NCBI GenBank assembly: GCA_965223415.1
Contig: OZ245002.1
Coordinates: forward strand, 1,856,001-1,920,000
Reading direction: 5' to 3'
From: Myxococcota bacterium
GTDB taxonomy: Bacteria > Myxococcota_A > UBA9160 > UBA6930
Length of the DNA stretch: 64,000 nucleotides
The translations under genes and the position numbers were made by a program. Each line of letters begins with the position of its first letter. Within the stretch, counting starts at the first letter, position 1. Shown piece by piece: positions 25,444 to 35,900 of this stretch. The notes beneath the pieces were generated by a model. The model was not told where the DNA came from. It saw only the letters and a list, made by a program, of their open reading frames with translations, and did not search any database.

Positions 25444-28056
25444 CTAGCTTCCTCCCTCGGAGCGGCGGTAGACGGTCGCTCCTTCCTTGATCGTCTCGAG
25501 GACGACGAGATTCCGAAGCTCCGCCGTCGGAATGGCGAGCGGATCCCGGTCGAGGATCACGAGATCGGCGAGCTTGCCGACCTCGATCGAGCCTTTTCGA
25601 TCCTCTTCGAAGAGCTGGCGGGCGCCCTCGATCGTGCTGGCTTCGAGGGCCTGCTGCACGGAGATCCGCTGGTCGGCGCCGATTACGCGGCCACTGCGGG
25701 TGCTGCGCTCGACGGCGGTCCAGATCAGCAGGAAGGGATCGACCGGGTGCACGGGCGAATCGTGGTGCAGGGTGACGGAGAGCCCGCGGTCCAGAGCGGA
25801 GCGCGCCGGGTTGAGGCGCTCGGTGCGCTCCGGGCCGTAGATGACCTCTCGGTGGAAATCGCCGAAGTAGAAGTTGTGGGCGACCTGGAAGGTGAGGGTG
25901 ACGTCCAGATCTTCGAGCGCGTCGAGCTGGTCCTCCTGGGCCTGCTGGAGGTGGATCAGCTGGGTGCGGCGGTCGTCGCCGGGGAAGCGCGCCTCGGCCT
26001 CGCGCAGCGCGGTGATGCACTGGTCGAGGGCGGCGTCACCCAGGGCGTGGATGGCGAGGGGGACGCCCGCCTCGTAGTAGGAGGCGACGATCCGGTTCAT
26101 GCGCTCCTGGTCGGCGATGGAGGAGTAGCCGCGATAGCCCTCCTCGCCGGGGAGCTGCACGTGGTACGGCTTGCGCAGGAAGGCGGTACGGCCGGGAGAG
26201 CCGCCGTCGAGGTTGATCTTGCCGCCGCCGACGCGGAGGTGGTCGGTGTAGGCCGGGGTGTGCGCCGCTGCGGTCTCCGCGGCGGAGCTGGTCGCGAAGA
26301 AGAGGAAGGCCACCACGTCGACGGGGATGCGCCCGTCCGCCGCCAGCCGGCGCAGCAGCGTGAGGCTGCTCTCGTCGGCGGCCATCTCGGTCACGGTCGT
26401 GTAGCCGTTGCGCACGTAGAGATCGAGCGCCTGCTCGACCAGACGCCCAGCGCCCACCGCGTCGCCGAGCAGGCCTCCGGCGGCGCGCATCATCACCGGG
26501 ATGTGGGCCGTCTCCTCGAGGATGCCGTTCGGCTCGCGGCTGCCCGGCAGGCGCTGGATCACGCCGCCCTCGGGCGCTACCGAGTCCGCGGTGATACCGG
26601 CCAGCTCGAGGGCGCGGGAGTTCAGCACGCTCTGGTGGACGGAGAAGTGCAGCAGGAAAATGGGGACGTCCCTGCTGACCGCGTCGAGATCCTGCTTCGT
26701 CGGATGGCGGCCGTCGGCGAGCATCGCGTTGTCGTAGCCGAAGCCGAGCAGCCACTCGTCCGGGCCACGGGGCTTGCGCTCGAGCTCGGTCCTCAGGCGG
26801 GCCTGGATGTCGGCGATGCTCGTCACGTCGCCGGCGGGGGGCGGGTCCATCGGAACGGTCGCCAGCTTGAGGCCGGTCTGGACCAAATGACTGTGGGAGT
26901 CGATGAAGCCGGGGAAGAGGGCGCGGCCGCCGAGATCGGTCCAGGTGGCGCCGACCGATGCAGCCTCACGAGCGCTCTCCGGGGTTCCGACGTGGGTGAT
27001 CCGACCATCCGTCACCACGACGGCTTCCGCGCTCGGCTGCGCCGGGTCCATCGTGAGGATCCTGCCGCCATGGAAGACGCGGCCGGCCTCGAGGCGGCCC
27101 GCGACGCCGACGATGATCTCCGCCAGCTCCGGGCCGGCGTCCTCCTGCAGGAAGTGGCCGGCGTTCTCGATGGTGCGGTGGGGCTGGCCCCGGGCTCCGG
27201 GGACGCGCTCGCGGAACACCTGGTCGCCGCCGCGGGTGATCGGGTCGCCGTCGCTGAAGGCGAGCACGAAGGGCTTCTGCCAGGCCTCGAACACCTTCCA
27301 GGCGGCGCAGTTCGCGGGGATGGCGGGGTCGTCGGCGGAGATGGGGACGAGGGAGGGCATGATGCGAGCGCCGGCTTCGTAGCGGGTGTCCGGGAAGGGC
27401 GCCTCGTAGGCGGCCCGCACGTCGGGGCCGAGCTCGGTGGTCGTCGAGGCCTCGATCAACCGGCCGATCGGGAAGACCGGGGTGTAGCGGGAGAACACGA
27501 GCCAGGTGAGGAAGGGGAGCGGGTTCCCGGCAGGAGCTCCCTCGGCAGCGGGGAGGCCGGTGTTGCCGATCACCACGGCGGCGAAGCGGTCCGGGTCTTC
27601 GGCGACGACGCGCAGGCCGATCAGGCCGCCCCAGTCCTGGCCGAAGAAGACGGCGTCCTGGAGGTCGAGGCGGCGCACCAGCTCGGCCTGCACGCCCACC
27701 TGCATGGCGTAGGAGTAGTCGTCCTTGCGGGCGTACTTGTCGGAGCGGCCGAAGCCGACGAGATCCGGCGCGACGACGCGCAGGCCGGCCGCGGTGAGCG
27801 GCGGGATCATCGTGCGGTAGAGGTAGGCCCAGCTCGGCTCGCCGTGAAGGAGGAGCACCGGGCGCCCGTCGCGCGGGCCTTCGTCCACGTAGTGGATGCG
27901 CAGGCCGTCGATCTCCTCGTAGTGCGGCTCGAAGGGCCAGTCGGGGAGGTCGGCGAAGCGCTCGTCGGGCGTGCGGAGGATTTCGCCGGGCTCGCCTCCG
28001 CCGCCGCAGGCCGCGAGCAGGAGGCCTACGAGGAGGGTCGCCGTGGTGGATCGCAT
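25444..28056 (-). CDS. Lipoprotein: haloalkane dehalogenase fused to amidohydrolase-3 (YtcJ/NfdA-like)
   Basis: Lipobox LLAAC. Dehalogenase motifs HGEPSW, QDWGG, FSDGDP and AGHFLQED. Amidohydrolase motifs PGFIDSHSH, KINLDG, HALGD, HHDSP and GSIEVGKLADLVILD. Confidence 0.88.
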   Translation of the reverse strand: MRSTTATLLVGLLLAACGGGGEPGEILRTPDERFADLPDWPFEPHYEEIDGLRIHYVDEGPRDGRPVLLLHGEPSWAYLYRTMIPPLTAAGLRVVAPDLVGFGRSDKYARKDDYSYAMQVGVQAELVRRLDLQDAVFFGQDWGGLIGLRVVAEDPDRFAAVVIGNTGLPAAEGAPAGNPLPFLTWLVFSRYTPVFPIGRLIEASTTTELGPDVRAAYEAPFPDTRYEAGARIMPSLVPISADDPAIPANCAAWKVFEAWQKPFVLAFSDGDPITRGGDQVFRERVPGARGQPHRTIENAGHFLQEDAGPELAEIIVGVAGRLEAGRVFHGGRILTMDPAQPSAEAVVVTDGRITHVGTPESAREAASVGATWTDLGGRALFPGFIDSHSHLVQTGLKLATVPMDPPPAGDVTSIADIQARLRTELERKPRGPDEWLLGFGYDNAMLADGRHPTKQDLDAVSRDVPIFLLHFSVHQSVLNSRALELAGITADSVAPEGGVIQRLPGSREPNGILEETAHIPVMMRAAGGLLGDAVGAGRLVEQALDLYVRNGYTTVTEMAADESSLTLLRRLAADGRIPVDVVAFLFFATSSAAETAAAHTPAYTDHLRVGGGKINLDGGSPGRTAFLRKPYHVQLPGEEGYRGYSSIADQERMNRIVASYYEAGVPLAIHALGDAALDQCITALREAEARFPGDDRRTQLIHLQQAQEDQLDALEDLDVTLTFQVAHNFYFGDFHREVIYGPERTERLNPARSALDRGLSVTLHHDSPVHPVDPFLLIWTAVERSTRSGRVIGADQRISVQQALEASTIEGARQLFEEDRKGSIEVGKLADLVILDRDPLAIPTAELRNLVVLETIKEGATVYRRSEGGS

Positions 28057-28076
28057 CGGGGCCCAGCCTACCGCGT

Positions 28077-28964
28077 ATGCTCTCGGGTGTGTCGACGAGG
28101 TCGGAGCGGGCGGCGGCTCTCGGGCTGCGCGCGGTGGCGGCGCTGCTCGTGCCGCTGCCGGAGCCGGTGGCGCGCGGGCTCGGCCGGGGGGTCGCGCGGC
28201 TGGCGTACCCCTTCGCCGGGGTGCGGCGGCGCATGCTGCGCCGGCACCTGACGCGGGTGACGGGAGACGCGTCGCTCGCGCGCCAGGCCTATGCCAGCTA
28301 CGGGCGCTACTGGGCGGAGATGCTGTGGGCGGACCCGCAGCGAGCCGACGCCATCGTGGAGCATGCAGGCGTCGAGGGCTGGGCTCACGTCGAGGCGGCG
28401 CGCTCGGCGGGCCGCGGGATGGTCTTCGCGCTCCCGCACCTGGGGAGCTGGGACGTCGCCGGCCTGCTGGGTGCGCAGCGGGGCCTCGACCTGCTGGCCG
28501 TGGCCGAGATCCCGGCCCACCCGGAGCTCGAGGCGTTCTTCGCCCAGCGGCGTCGGGGCCTGGGCATCGAGGTCGCGCGGGCCGACGGCTCGACGCGCCT
28601 CGCCATGCAGCTCGTCGGTCACCTTCGCGAGGGAGGCGCCGTGGCGTTGCTATGCGACCGTGATCTCGCCGGCGACGGCCCCCGGGTGGAGTTCTTCGGC
28701 GAAGAGACGAGCCTTCCCGCGGGCCCCGCCGTGCTCGCCCTCCGCACCGGCGCCGCGCTGCTCCCGGCGGGCGCCTACTTCCGCCCGGGCCGCGGCCACC
28801 GCCTCGTCGTCGAGCCGAAGATCGAAATCCCGCCCGCCCCCACCTCGGCCGCCCGCATCCACGCCACCACCCAGTCCCTCGCCCAAGCCCTCGAACGCGT
28901 CATTCGCGCCGCCCCGGACCAGTGGCACCTCCTCCAGCCCAACTGGCCCTCGGATGGTGGGTAG
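28077..28964 (+). CDS. LpxL/PatA-family lipid acyltransferase (PIM acyltransferase-like)
   Basis: YGRYWAE, LPHLGSWD, LLCDRDL, VEFFG...LPAGPA and PDQWHLLQPNW. Confidence 0.85.
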   Translation: MLSGVSTRSERAAALGLRAVAALLVPLPEPVARGLGRGVARLAYPFAGVRRRMLRRHLTRVTGDASLARQAYASYGRYWAEMLWADPQRADAIVEHAGVEGWAHVEAARSAGRGMVFALPHLGSWDVAGLLGAQRGLDLLAVAEIPAHPELEAFFAQRRRGLGIEVARADGSTRLAMQLVGHLREGGAVALLCDRDLAGDGPRVEFFGEETSLPAGPAVLALRTGAALLPAGAYFRPGRGHRLVVEPKIEIPPAPTSAARIHATTQSLAQALERVIRAAPDQWHLLQPNWPSDGG

Positions 28965-28976
28965 CGGAGTAGATCG

Positions 28977-30104
28977 CTAACTCGATTTGTTGAGCAGAGG
29001 ATCCGGCCCCCTGCTTAACATCTCGTATTGGTGCTCGAGTTGGGGGGCGATTCGGTCCCAGCGGTGGGCCTGGGCGGTGCGGAGGCCGGCTTCGGTGAGG
29101 GGGTTGGCGCGGGCGGGGTCGCTGAGCAGGTCGACCAGGACGCGGGCGAGGTCGGCGGGATTGCGGCTCTCGAAGTGACGGCCGTTCGTGCCGTCCTGGA
29201 TGAGGACGCGGTAGCCCGGCGTGTCGCTGGCGACGACGGGACGGCCGCTGGCCATGGCTTCGAGGAGGACGATGCCGAAGCTCTCGTTGTGGGTGGAGGG
29301 GAAGCAGGCGACGTCCGCCCGGGCGTACCAGGCGGGGAGTGCTTCGTTCGGGGTGTCGCCGGCGGCGAAGACGACGGCTCCCGGCGCCAGGCGGGCGGCG
29401 AGCTGCTCGAGGCGGCGCCGCTCGGGGCCGTCGCCGACCAGCAGGAGCCGGGCCTCCGGCACCCGGGCGCGCACACCGGGCATCGCGCGAACCAGCACGT
29501 CGACGCCCTTGCGTGGATCGAGGCGACCCACGAAGAGGATCGTGGCGGTGCCCGGCCGCGGTGTCGGGCGAAAGCGGCTCACGTCCACGCCATTCGGAAT
29601 GATCGCGTATTCACCCGGGAAGTAGCGCTCGATCAGGTCCCGGGCGACCTCGGACACGGCGATCCGCCCCTCGATCCGGGCCATCACCCGCCCCAACGGG
29701 CGGCGCAGCAGCCGGTAGGGGAGATCCGACTCGGCGCCGGCGTGGAACGTCGCCGCCACCGGCACGCCGTTGCCGAAGGCGAGCCACACGGCGGCGGCCG
29801 GCAGGAGCGGCGTCAGGGGCTCGTGGACGTGCACCACGTCGAAGCGCCCGGGCATCAGGAGCGCCCGGAGGCGGCGGAGCAGCCCCGAGCCCAGGGTCAC
29901 GCCCGCGCTCGCGCCCTTCCAGGGAATCGGCACCCGCCGGCCGACGCGCACCACCTCGGGCCCGTCTTCGGCGAGCGGCGGCCCGGGCGCCAGTACCGTC
30001 ACCTCGTGTCCCCGTTCTGCCAGGGCCGCGGCACTTCCCGCCACGTGCTCCGCGACGCCGCCCGGGTGGGGGTGGTAGCTCGCGGTGACGATCGCGAGCT
30101 TCAC
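28977..30104 (-). CDS. GT4 glycosyltransferase (PimA-like)
   Basis: VKLAIVTASYHPHPGGVAEHV, DVVHVHEP, TFH, VGRLDPRKG and ESFGIVLLEAMASG. GTG overlaps the radical SAM stop (GTGA). Confidence 0.88.
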   Translation of the reverse strand: MKLAIVTASYHPHPGGVAEHVAGSAAALAERGHEVTVLAPGPPLAEDGPEVVRVGRRVPIPWKGASAGVTLGSGLLRRLRALLMPGRFDVVHVHEPLTPLLPAAAVWLAFGNGVPVAATFHAGAESDLPYRLLRRPLGRVMARIEGRIAVSEVARDLIERYFPGEYAIIPNGVDVSRFRPTPRPGTATILFVGRLDPRKGVDVLVRAMPGVRARVPEARLLLVGDGPERRRLEQLAARLAPGAVVFAAGDTPNEALPAWYARADVACFPSTHNESFGIVLLEAMASGRPVVASDTPGYRVLIQDGTNGRHFESRNPADLARVLVDLLSDPARANPLTEAGLRTAQAHRWDRIAPQLEHQYEMLSRGPDPLLNKSS

Positions 30105-31675
30105 GCCGCGCTGCGGGCGCGCGCAGATGGGTCGCGCTCGAGCCCGGCGACCACCTCCTCGGGAAGCCACGCGTAGTACGCACCGAGCTGCCGCCGCACG
30201 CCGCCGCGGTAGAAGGAGGGCGCGGGGCCGCCGCTCTCGAAGGCCTGGTACTCGGCATCGGTCTCGAAGCGCCCCGCGAGCTGGGCGTAGTAGCGGGCGC
30301 GACGCGCCGAGGCGACCGAGCGCACCAGGGCCATCCACCGCCCGGCGGAGAGCGGCCCGTGCCGGTTCCCGCGAATCCGCCGCGCCGTCGCCCGTGCCCC
30401 GTAGGAGTGCCCCAGCACACCGGCCAGGCCCCGGTAGAGATCCGCCGCCTGCCCGTGCGCCAGCCGCATGTTGTGCAGCCAGCTTCCGTCGAGGAACTGG
30501 AACGGCACGTCCAGCAGGCGGCCCGCGTGGCGCGTCTCCATACCCATCGGCGAGGCATCGCCGAAGGCGGTGGCGATCGAGTGGGAGGGGAAGGCCGCGG
30601 GCACCCGCTCCACGAACTCGCGGGTGAGGGCGAAGGCGTCGTGGCCCGCGTCCTCGTCCAGCCCCCAGACGAAGTTCGTCTGGGTGTAGGGGATGTGGCG
30701 GGTGATCATCTCCGCCTGCTCCGCCACCGCGTCGAGCTTCGCGCCGCCGGACTGGCCCCGCTGGCGGGCCTTGTCGTGGAAGCCGTACCAAGACTCGACG
30801 CCGACGAACATGGCCGTGAAGCCATTGCGGCCGAGGCGCGCGACCCGGGCCTCGTCGAGGATGGAGAGGCTGCTCTCGGCGAGGAACTTCACGCCGCCCC
30901 GGGGCACGGCCTCCTCGATCGCGTCGAGGGTCTCGTCGAAGCGGACGGCGAAGTTCGGATCGTGCCACGAGAGGGCGGGAACGCGCATCGCCTCCTGCAC
31001 GAAGGCCAGGTCTTCGACGATCTGCTCCCGGGGCAGCGTCGTGTAGGCCACCGTCGCATCGACGCAGAAGCGGCACCGGTAGGGGCAGCCGAGGCTCGCG
31101 ACGCTCGCCAGGGCGCCGGGCGTGAGCCCCTTCGCCAGGACGGTGCGCGCGAAGGGCCAGCGCTCGCGGACGCCTGGAAGATCGGCCAGGGGTCGCTTCG
31201 CCCGCAGCACGACGCCGGCCTCGGGAAACTGGTGGGGGGAAGCCAGCAGGTCGCGCACCAGCTCCGCGTCCGCCGTCTCGGCCACGTAGTCGAAGTGGCG
31301 GGCGGCCTGCCGCGGGTAGGCGCGGGCGTGGGGGCCGCCGAGCACGGTCACCGTGCCGCGCTCGTGGAAGCGCCGGGCGACCGCGTAGGCCAGATAGGCC
31401 GCGGAGCTGAAGGCGCTCACGAACAGCACGTCCAGGTCGTCCGGGAGCTCGCGCTCCAGGTCCTCGTGGCCGATGTACGCCAGGTAGTGCACGCGGTGGC
31501 CCGCGGCCGCCGCCCAGGCAGCCACCGCCTGGGGCATGATCGACATGAAGCTCGGATGCACGAGCCGCGAGTAGGGCGTGTGGACCGGGCGATTCGCCAC
31601 CAGGTCGAGCACCCCGACGCGCAGCGACCGCGGCCGTCGTCGCCGCAGGGCCAGCGCCAGGGCCCGGGCGCTCAC
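30101..31675 (-). CDS. B12-binding radical SAM enzyme
   Basis: N-terminal cobalamin-binding-like region (VLGGPHA) and GCPYRCRFC (CxxxCxxC). Confidence 0.85.
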   Translation of the reverse strand: MSARALALALRRRRPRSLRVGVLDLVANRPVHTPYSRLVHPSFMSIMPQAVAAWAAAAGHRVHYLAYIGHEDLERELPDDLDVLFVSAFSSAAYLAYAVARRFHERGTVTVLGGPHARAYPRQAARHFDYVAETADAELVRDLLASPHQFPEAGVVLRAKRPLADLPGVRERWPFARTVLAKGLTPGALASVASLGCPYRCRFCVDATVAYTTLPREQIVEDLAFVQEAMRVPALSWHDPNFAVRFDETLDAIEEAVPRGGVKFLAESSLSILDEARVARLGRNGFTAMFVGVESWYGFHDKARQRGQSGGAKLDAVAEQAEMITRHIPYTQTNFVWGLDEDAGHDAFALTREFVERVPAAFPSHSIATAFGDASPMGMETRHAGRLLDVPFQFLDGSWLHNMRLAHGQAADLYRGLAGVLGHSYGARATARRIRGNRHGPLSAGRWMALVRSVASARRARYYAQLAGRFETDAEYQAFESGGPAPSFYRGGVRRQLGAYYAWLPEEVVAGLERDPSARARSAA

Positions 31676-32877
31676 AGCTCCACCGGAAGCGACGAGAGCC
31701 CCCGCGACACGACCGCCGGCTTGCGCACCGCGTCGCCGGCGAGCTTCATGCTGGGGAAGCGCCCGAGCAGGCTGCCCAGGGCCAGCTCGGCCTCGGCACG
31801 GGCGAGCTTGGAGCCCATGCAGTAGTGGATGCCGGCGCCGAAGGAGACGTGTCGGTTCGGCTGCCGGCCCAGATCGAGGACGTCCGGCGCGGCGTGGACC
31901 GCCGGATCGCGATTCGCGGCCGCGAGTCCAAGCACCACGAACGCGCCCTCGGGAACCGTACCCCCCGGAAGGCGCAGCACGCGGCGCGTACGGCGCGCGG
32001 TCACCTGGGTGGGCGGATCGAAGCGCAGGAACTCCTCGACGGCCGTGGGAAGGAGCTCGGGTCGGGCGCGCAGCCGCTGCTGCTCTCCCGGGTGCTCGAG
32101 CAGCGCAAGCATCGCGTTGCCGAGCAGGTTCGTCGTGGTGAGGTGCCCGGCGCCTAGCAACAGGGCCGCGATCGCGAAGAGCTCGCTCGGGCTGAGCACA
32201 CGGCCTTCCCGCTCGGCTGCCACCAGCGCGCTCATCAGGTCGTCTCGCGGCCGGGCGCGTCGCTCGCGAAAGGCGTCGCCCAGATAGGCGTGCATCTCGA
32301 GCGCGCTGGCCTGGGCCTTGTCGAGCTTTGCCTGGGGCACCAACGGGTCGAGCAGCGCGCCCAGATCCTGGGACCAGCGCTTGAAGACGTCGCGCTCCTC
32401 CGAGGGCACGCCCAGGATGCCGGCGATGGTGATGCAGGGCAGGGGGAAGGCGAGGTCGCGGATCCAGTCGAAGCCGCCGTCCCGCCCGGCCCGGCCGAGC
32501 AGCTCGTCGATGGTGGCCTGGATGCGCGGGCGCTGGCGGGCCACCACCACCGGGAGGAAGGCCTGGTCGACGAGTCCGCGGATCCGGGTGTGGTCGGGCG
32601 GATCGAGGAACATCAGCACCTTGCGGAACGCATCGGCCAGCTCCCGGAGCTCGGGCCGCAGCTCCGGGAAGGCCGAGTGGCTGATCTCGTCCGGGTCGCC
32701 CCGGGCGACGCTCATGGTCGGATCCCGCAGGACCGCCAGCACGTCGGCGTGGCGGGTCAGGAGCCAGGCGTCGAAGGGCGCGTAGTGGAAGACAGGGGCT
32801 TCCTCGCGCAGGCGACGGTATCCCGGGTAGGGATCGGCCAGATGGGCGGGGTCGAGGGGATCGAAGTCGAGTGCCAC
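31672..32877 (-). CDS. Cytochrome P450
   Basis: DPPDHTRIR, AGHLTT, EEFLR and FGAGIHYCMG heme motif. Probable GTG start at 32877. Confidence 0.93.
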   Translation of the reverse strand: MALDFDPLDPAHLADPYPGYRRLREEAPVFHYAPFDAWLLTRHADVLAVLRDPTMSVARGDPDEISHSAFPELRPELRELADAFRKVLMFLDPPDHTRIRGLVDQAFLPVVVARQRPRIQATIDELLGRAGRDGGFDWIRDLAFPLPCITIAGILGVPSEERDVFKRWSQDLGALLDPLVPQAKLDKAQASALEMHAYLGDAFRERRARPRDDLMSALVAAEREGRVLSPSELFAIAALLLGAGHLTTTNLLGNAMLALLEHPGEQQRLRARPELLPTAVEEFLRFDPPTQVTARRTRRVLRLPGGTVPEGAFVVLGLAAANRDPAVHAAPDVLDLGRQPNRHVSFGAGIHYCMGSKLARAEAELALGSLLGRFPSMKLAGDAVRKPAVVSRGLSSLPVEL

Positions 32878-32980
32878 GGTGGGATCGGGTCGCGCGTTGC
32901 TGAACGGGCGGACATCAGGGTACCACCCCCTCGAGCGTCCACGGTGGCCTGCAGGACCGGCCCCCCGAATAGGGGGTGCG

Positions 32981-35900
32981 TCACCCGTCGAGCAGCTCCC
33001 AGGCCGCTCTTCCGTCCGGCGTGCTCTCGCCGTCGCGAAGCTCACCGACGGCGCTCCGGAGGAGCCCGCGCCCTTCATCGCCGCGGCCGTGGCGCCCGAG
33101 CCAGCGGGCCAGGCTGGTGGCCGCCCGAAGCGCGAGCCACACGGAGCCGCGGCGCTCGGCCGCGTCGAGGGCCGCGCGCAGGTGGGCTTCGGCTTCGGCG
33201 TCGTCGCCGCGACGGATCAGCAGCTCCCCCTTCCGGCGCTCGAGCTCCGCATCCCAGAAGTGGGCATCGAGCCCGTCGGCGAACTGAAGCCCGGCGTCGA
33301 GGCTGCGCAGGGCATCTTCCGGATCGCCGACGAAGGCCTGCGCCTCGGCCAGCATGTGCACGAACATGGGCGCCCCCACGATGGCACCCATGGCGGAGAG
33401 CGCGGCGATCGCGCCCTGGGCCAGCTCCAGACCCTCCGGATCTCCCTGGGTACTGCGTGCCCAGCCACGCAGCAGCTCGCCCAGACGATGCTCGAGCACG
33501 AACCCGTACTGCTCGCCGATGGCGATGGCCTCTTCCGTGCGTGTCACCACCGCCTCGGGCTCCTGGCGAAGGAAGTGGAGGATCGCGAGGAAGTCGAGGG
33601 CGAAGGCCACGACCAGCGGATGCGCGCCGGCCGCTCTCGCGTCGGCGAGGACGCGATCCGCCTCCAGCAGGCCGCGCTCCGGCTCGCCGCAGTGGCAGCG
33701 GGCGATGCCCGCGAAGACACCGGCGATGACGCCGGGATCCTGCCCGTAGCCCGGCGCGAGCCCCTGATGCTCCTTCGGGTCCCAGAGGGCGAGTGCGCGA
33801 TCGAGGTGGGAGATCGCGAGCGCCCACTCGCCCTGGTAGTAGGCGGTGGCGCCGGCGGTCACGTTGGCGAGCAGCTCGAGGACCGGGTCGCCGGCTGCGC
33901 TCGCCATGTCCAGCAGCTCCAACGCCAGCGCGCGGGAGGTCCCGAGATCACCGCGGGCCTGGTAGAACGCCGCCAGGCCCCAGGTGGAACGGAAGAGCAG
34001 GTCGTCCTCTCCCAGCTTCTGACTGAGCTCGCGGGCGCGGGCGAAGGCTCGCTGCACCTCCTCGCTGGCGTAGCCCTCGACGGCCATGAGCGGCTTGCCG
34101 AGGCCCACCTGCAGGCGCAGCTCCCGGACCTCCCGCATGGCAGCCTCCGTCGATCCCGTCAGCAGCTCGAGGCCGTGGCGCAGGTGGGCCACGGCTTCGG
34201 GATGGGCGGAACGCTCGCCGGCGAGATCCCCGGCGCGCTGGTACCAGTCGATCGCCGCTTCCCGCTCTTGCGCCTCCTCGTAGTGACGCGCCACGGCCTC
34301 CGGCGCCTCGCTCGCGCGTTGGGGAAAGCGGCTCTCGAGGATCTCGCCCACCCGCCGGTGCACCTGCTGGCGCTGGCTCTTCAGCAGCGATTGATAGGCG
34401 ATGTCCTGGATCAACGCGTGCTTGAAGGAGTACTCGGCCAGCGGGCCGAGGCCGCGCTTGTAGAGGAGCTCCGCCTCCACCAGCTCGCCGAGGGCCCGGG
34501 CCACGATGTCGGCCTCCCCGTCGAACACGGCCTCGAGCAGCTCCACCGGGAAGGAGCGCCCGAGCACCGAGGCGAGCTGCGCCACGTCCTTCGCCTGACC
34601 GAGGCGATCGAGCCTGGCCATCAACGAGTCGTAGAGGGTCGACGGAATGGCCAGGTCGAGCACCGCGCTAGCCAGCTCGTAGCGCTCTCCCTGCTCCACC
34701 AGGAGGCCGGACTCGATGACCATCTTCGTCAGCTCCTCGACGAAGAGCGGCACGCCGTCGGTCTTCTTGACGATCTGCCCCACCACCTCCGCCGGCAGCG
34801 ATCGGCCACCGGTCACCGCCTCCGCCAGCTCCGAGACCTGCCGGCGGGTGAGGCGGTTCAGCGAGAGGTGCAGGATCTCGCTGCGATCCGCCCAATGGGA
34901 TTCCCAGCCGGGCCGCGAGGTCATCAGCACGAGAATGCGCGCAGTCGGCACCTGGTCGAGGAAGAGACCCAGGAGCTCGTTGGTCGAGGGGTCGACCCAG
35001 TGCATGTCCTCGACGACCAGGCACACCGACTGCTCCTCCGCGAGCTGCAGCAGCCAGCCGTCGAGGGACTCGAGGATGCGGTGGCGCTGGGCCTCCGGGC
35101 TGAGCGTGCTGGGCCGATAGGGCGGCGGCACGCGGAGACCGAGCAGGCGGCCGAAGATCGGCACCATCTCCCCGGTGTCGAGCCCCACCTCGGCGAGCGC
35201 CGCCTCCAGTTTCGTGACCTTCTCGGCCTCGTCGTCGGTGGGCGCGAACAGCACCTGGTTCAGGAACTCCACCACCGGGTGGAGCGGACTGTTCTCGTGG
35301 TAGGTCGAGCAGCGGCCTTCGAGCCAGGTGTGCGTCTCGCCGGAGATCTCGCGCCGCAGGACATCGACCAGCCGGCTCTTGCCGATGCCGGCCTCGCCCT
35401 TCAGCAGGATCACCTGGCCGTGGCCGTCCTTCGCTTGCTCCCAGCGGTCGAGCAGCAGCGCCACCTCCTGCTCCCGACCCACGAGCTGGGTGCGGGGCAC
35501 GAGATCCGTCGCGTCGAAGGCGTCGCCTTCGCGCAGCGCGAGCACACGGTGCACGAGCACCGGGCGCGCGACGCCCTTCAGCTCCTGCTCGCCGAGGGAC
35601 GCAAGCTCGAACTCGTCCCCCAGCAGGCGGCGGGTGGCTTCGCTCGCCACCACGCAGTCCGCCGGCGCCACCTCCTGGAGGCGGGCGGCCACGTTCACCG
35701 TCTGTCCCAGGGCCAGGGCCTGGGTCTGCCCCTGGCTGCCCATCTCCCCCACCACGACCGGGCCCGTGTGGACGCCGATGCGCAGCTGGAGCCTGCGCTC
35801 GTTGCCGCCGGGCAGCTCCTCGGCCAGCTTGCGATTGACGTGGGGCATGGCGTCGAGGATGCCCAGGGCGGCACGCAGCGCCCGATAGGCCGTGTCCTCG

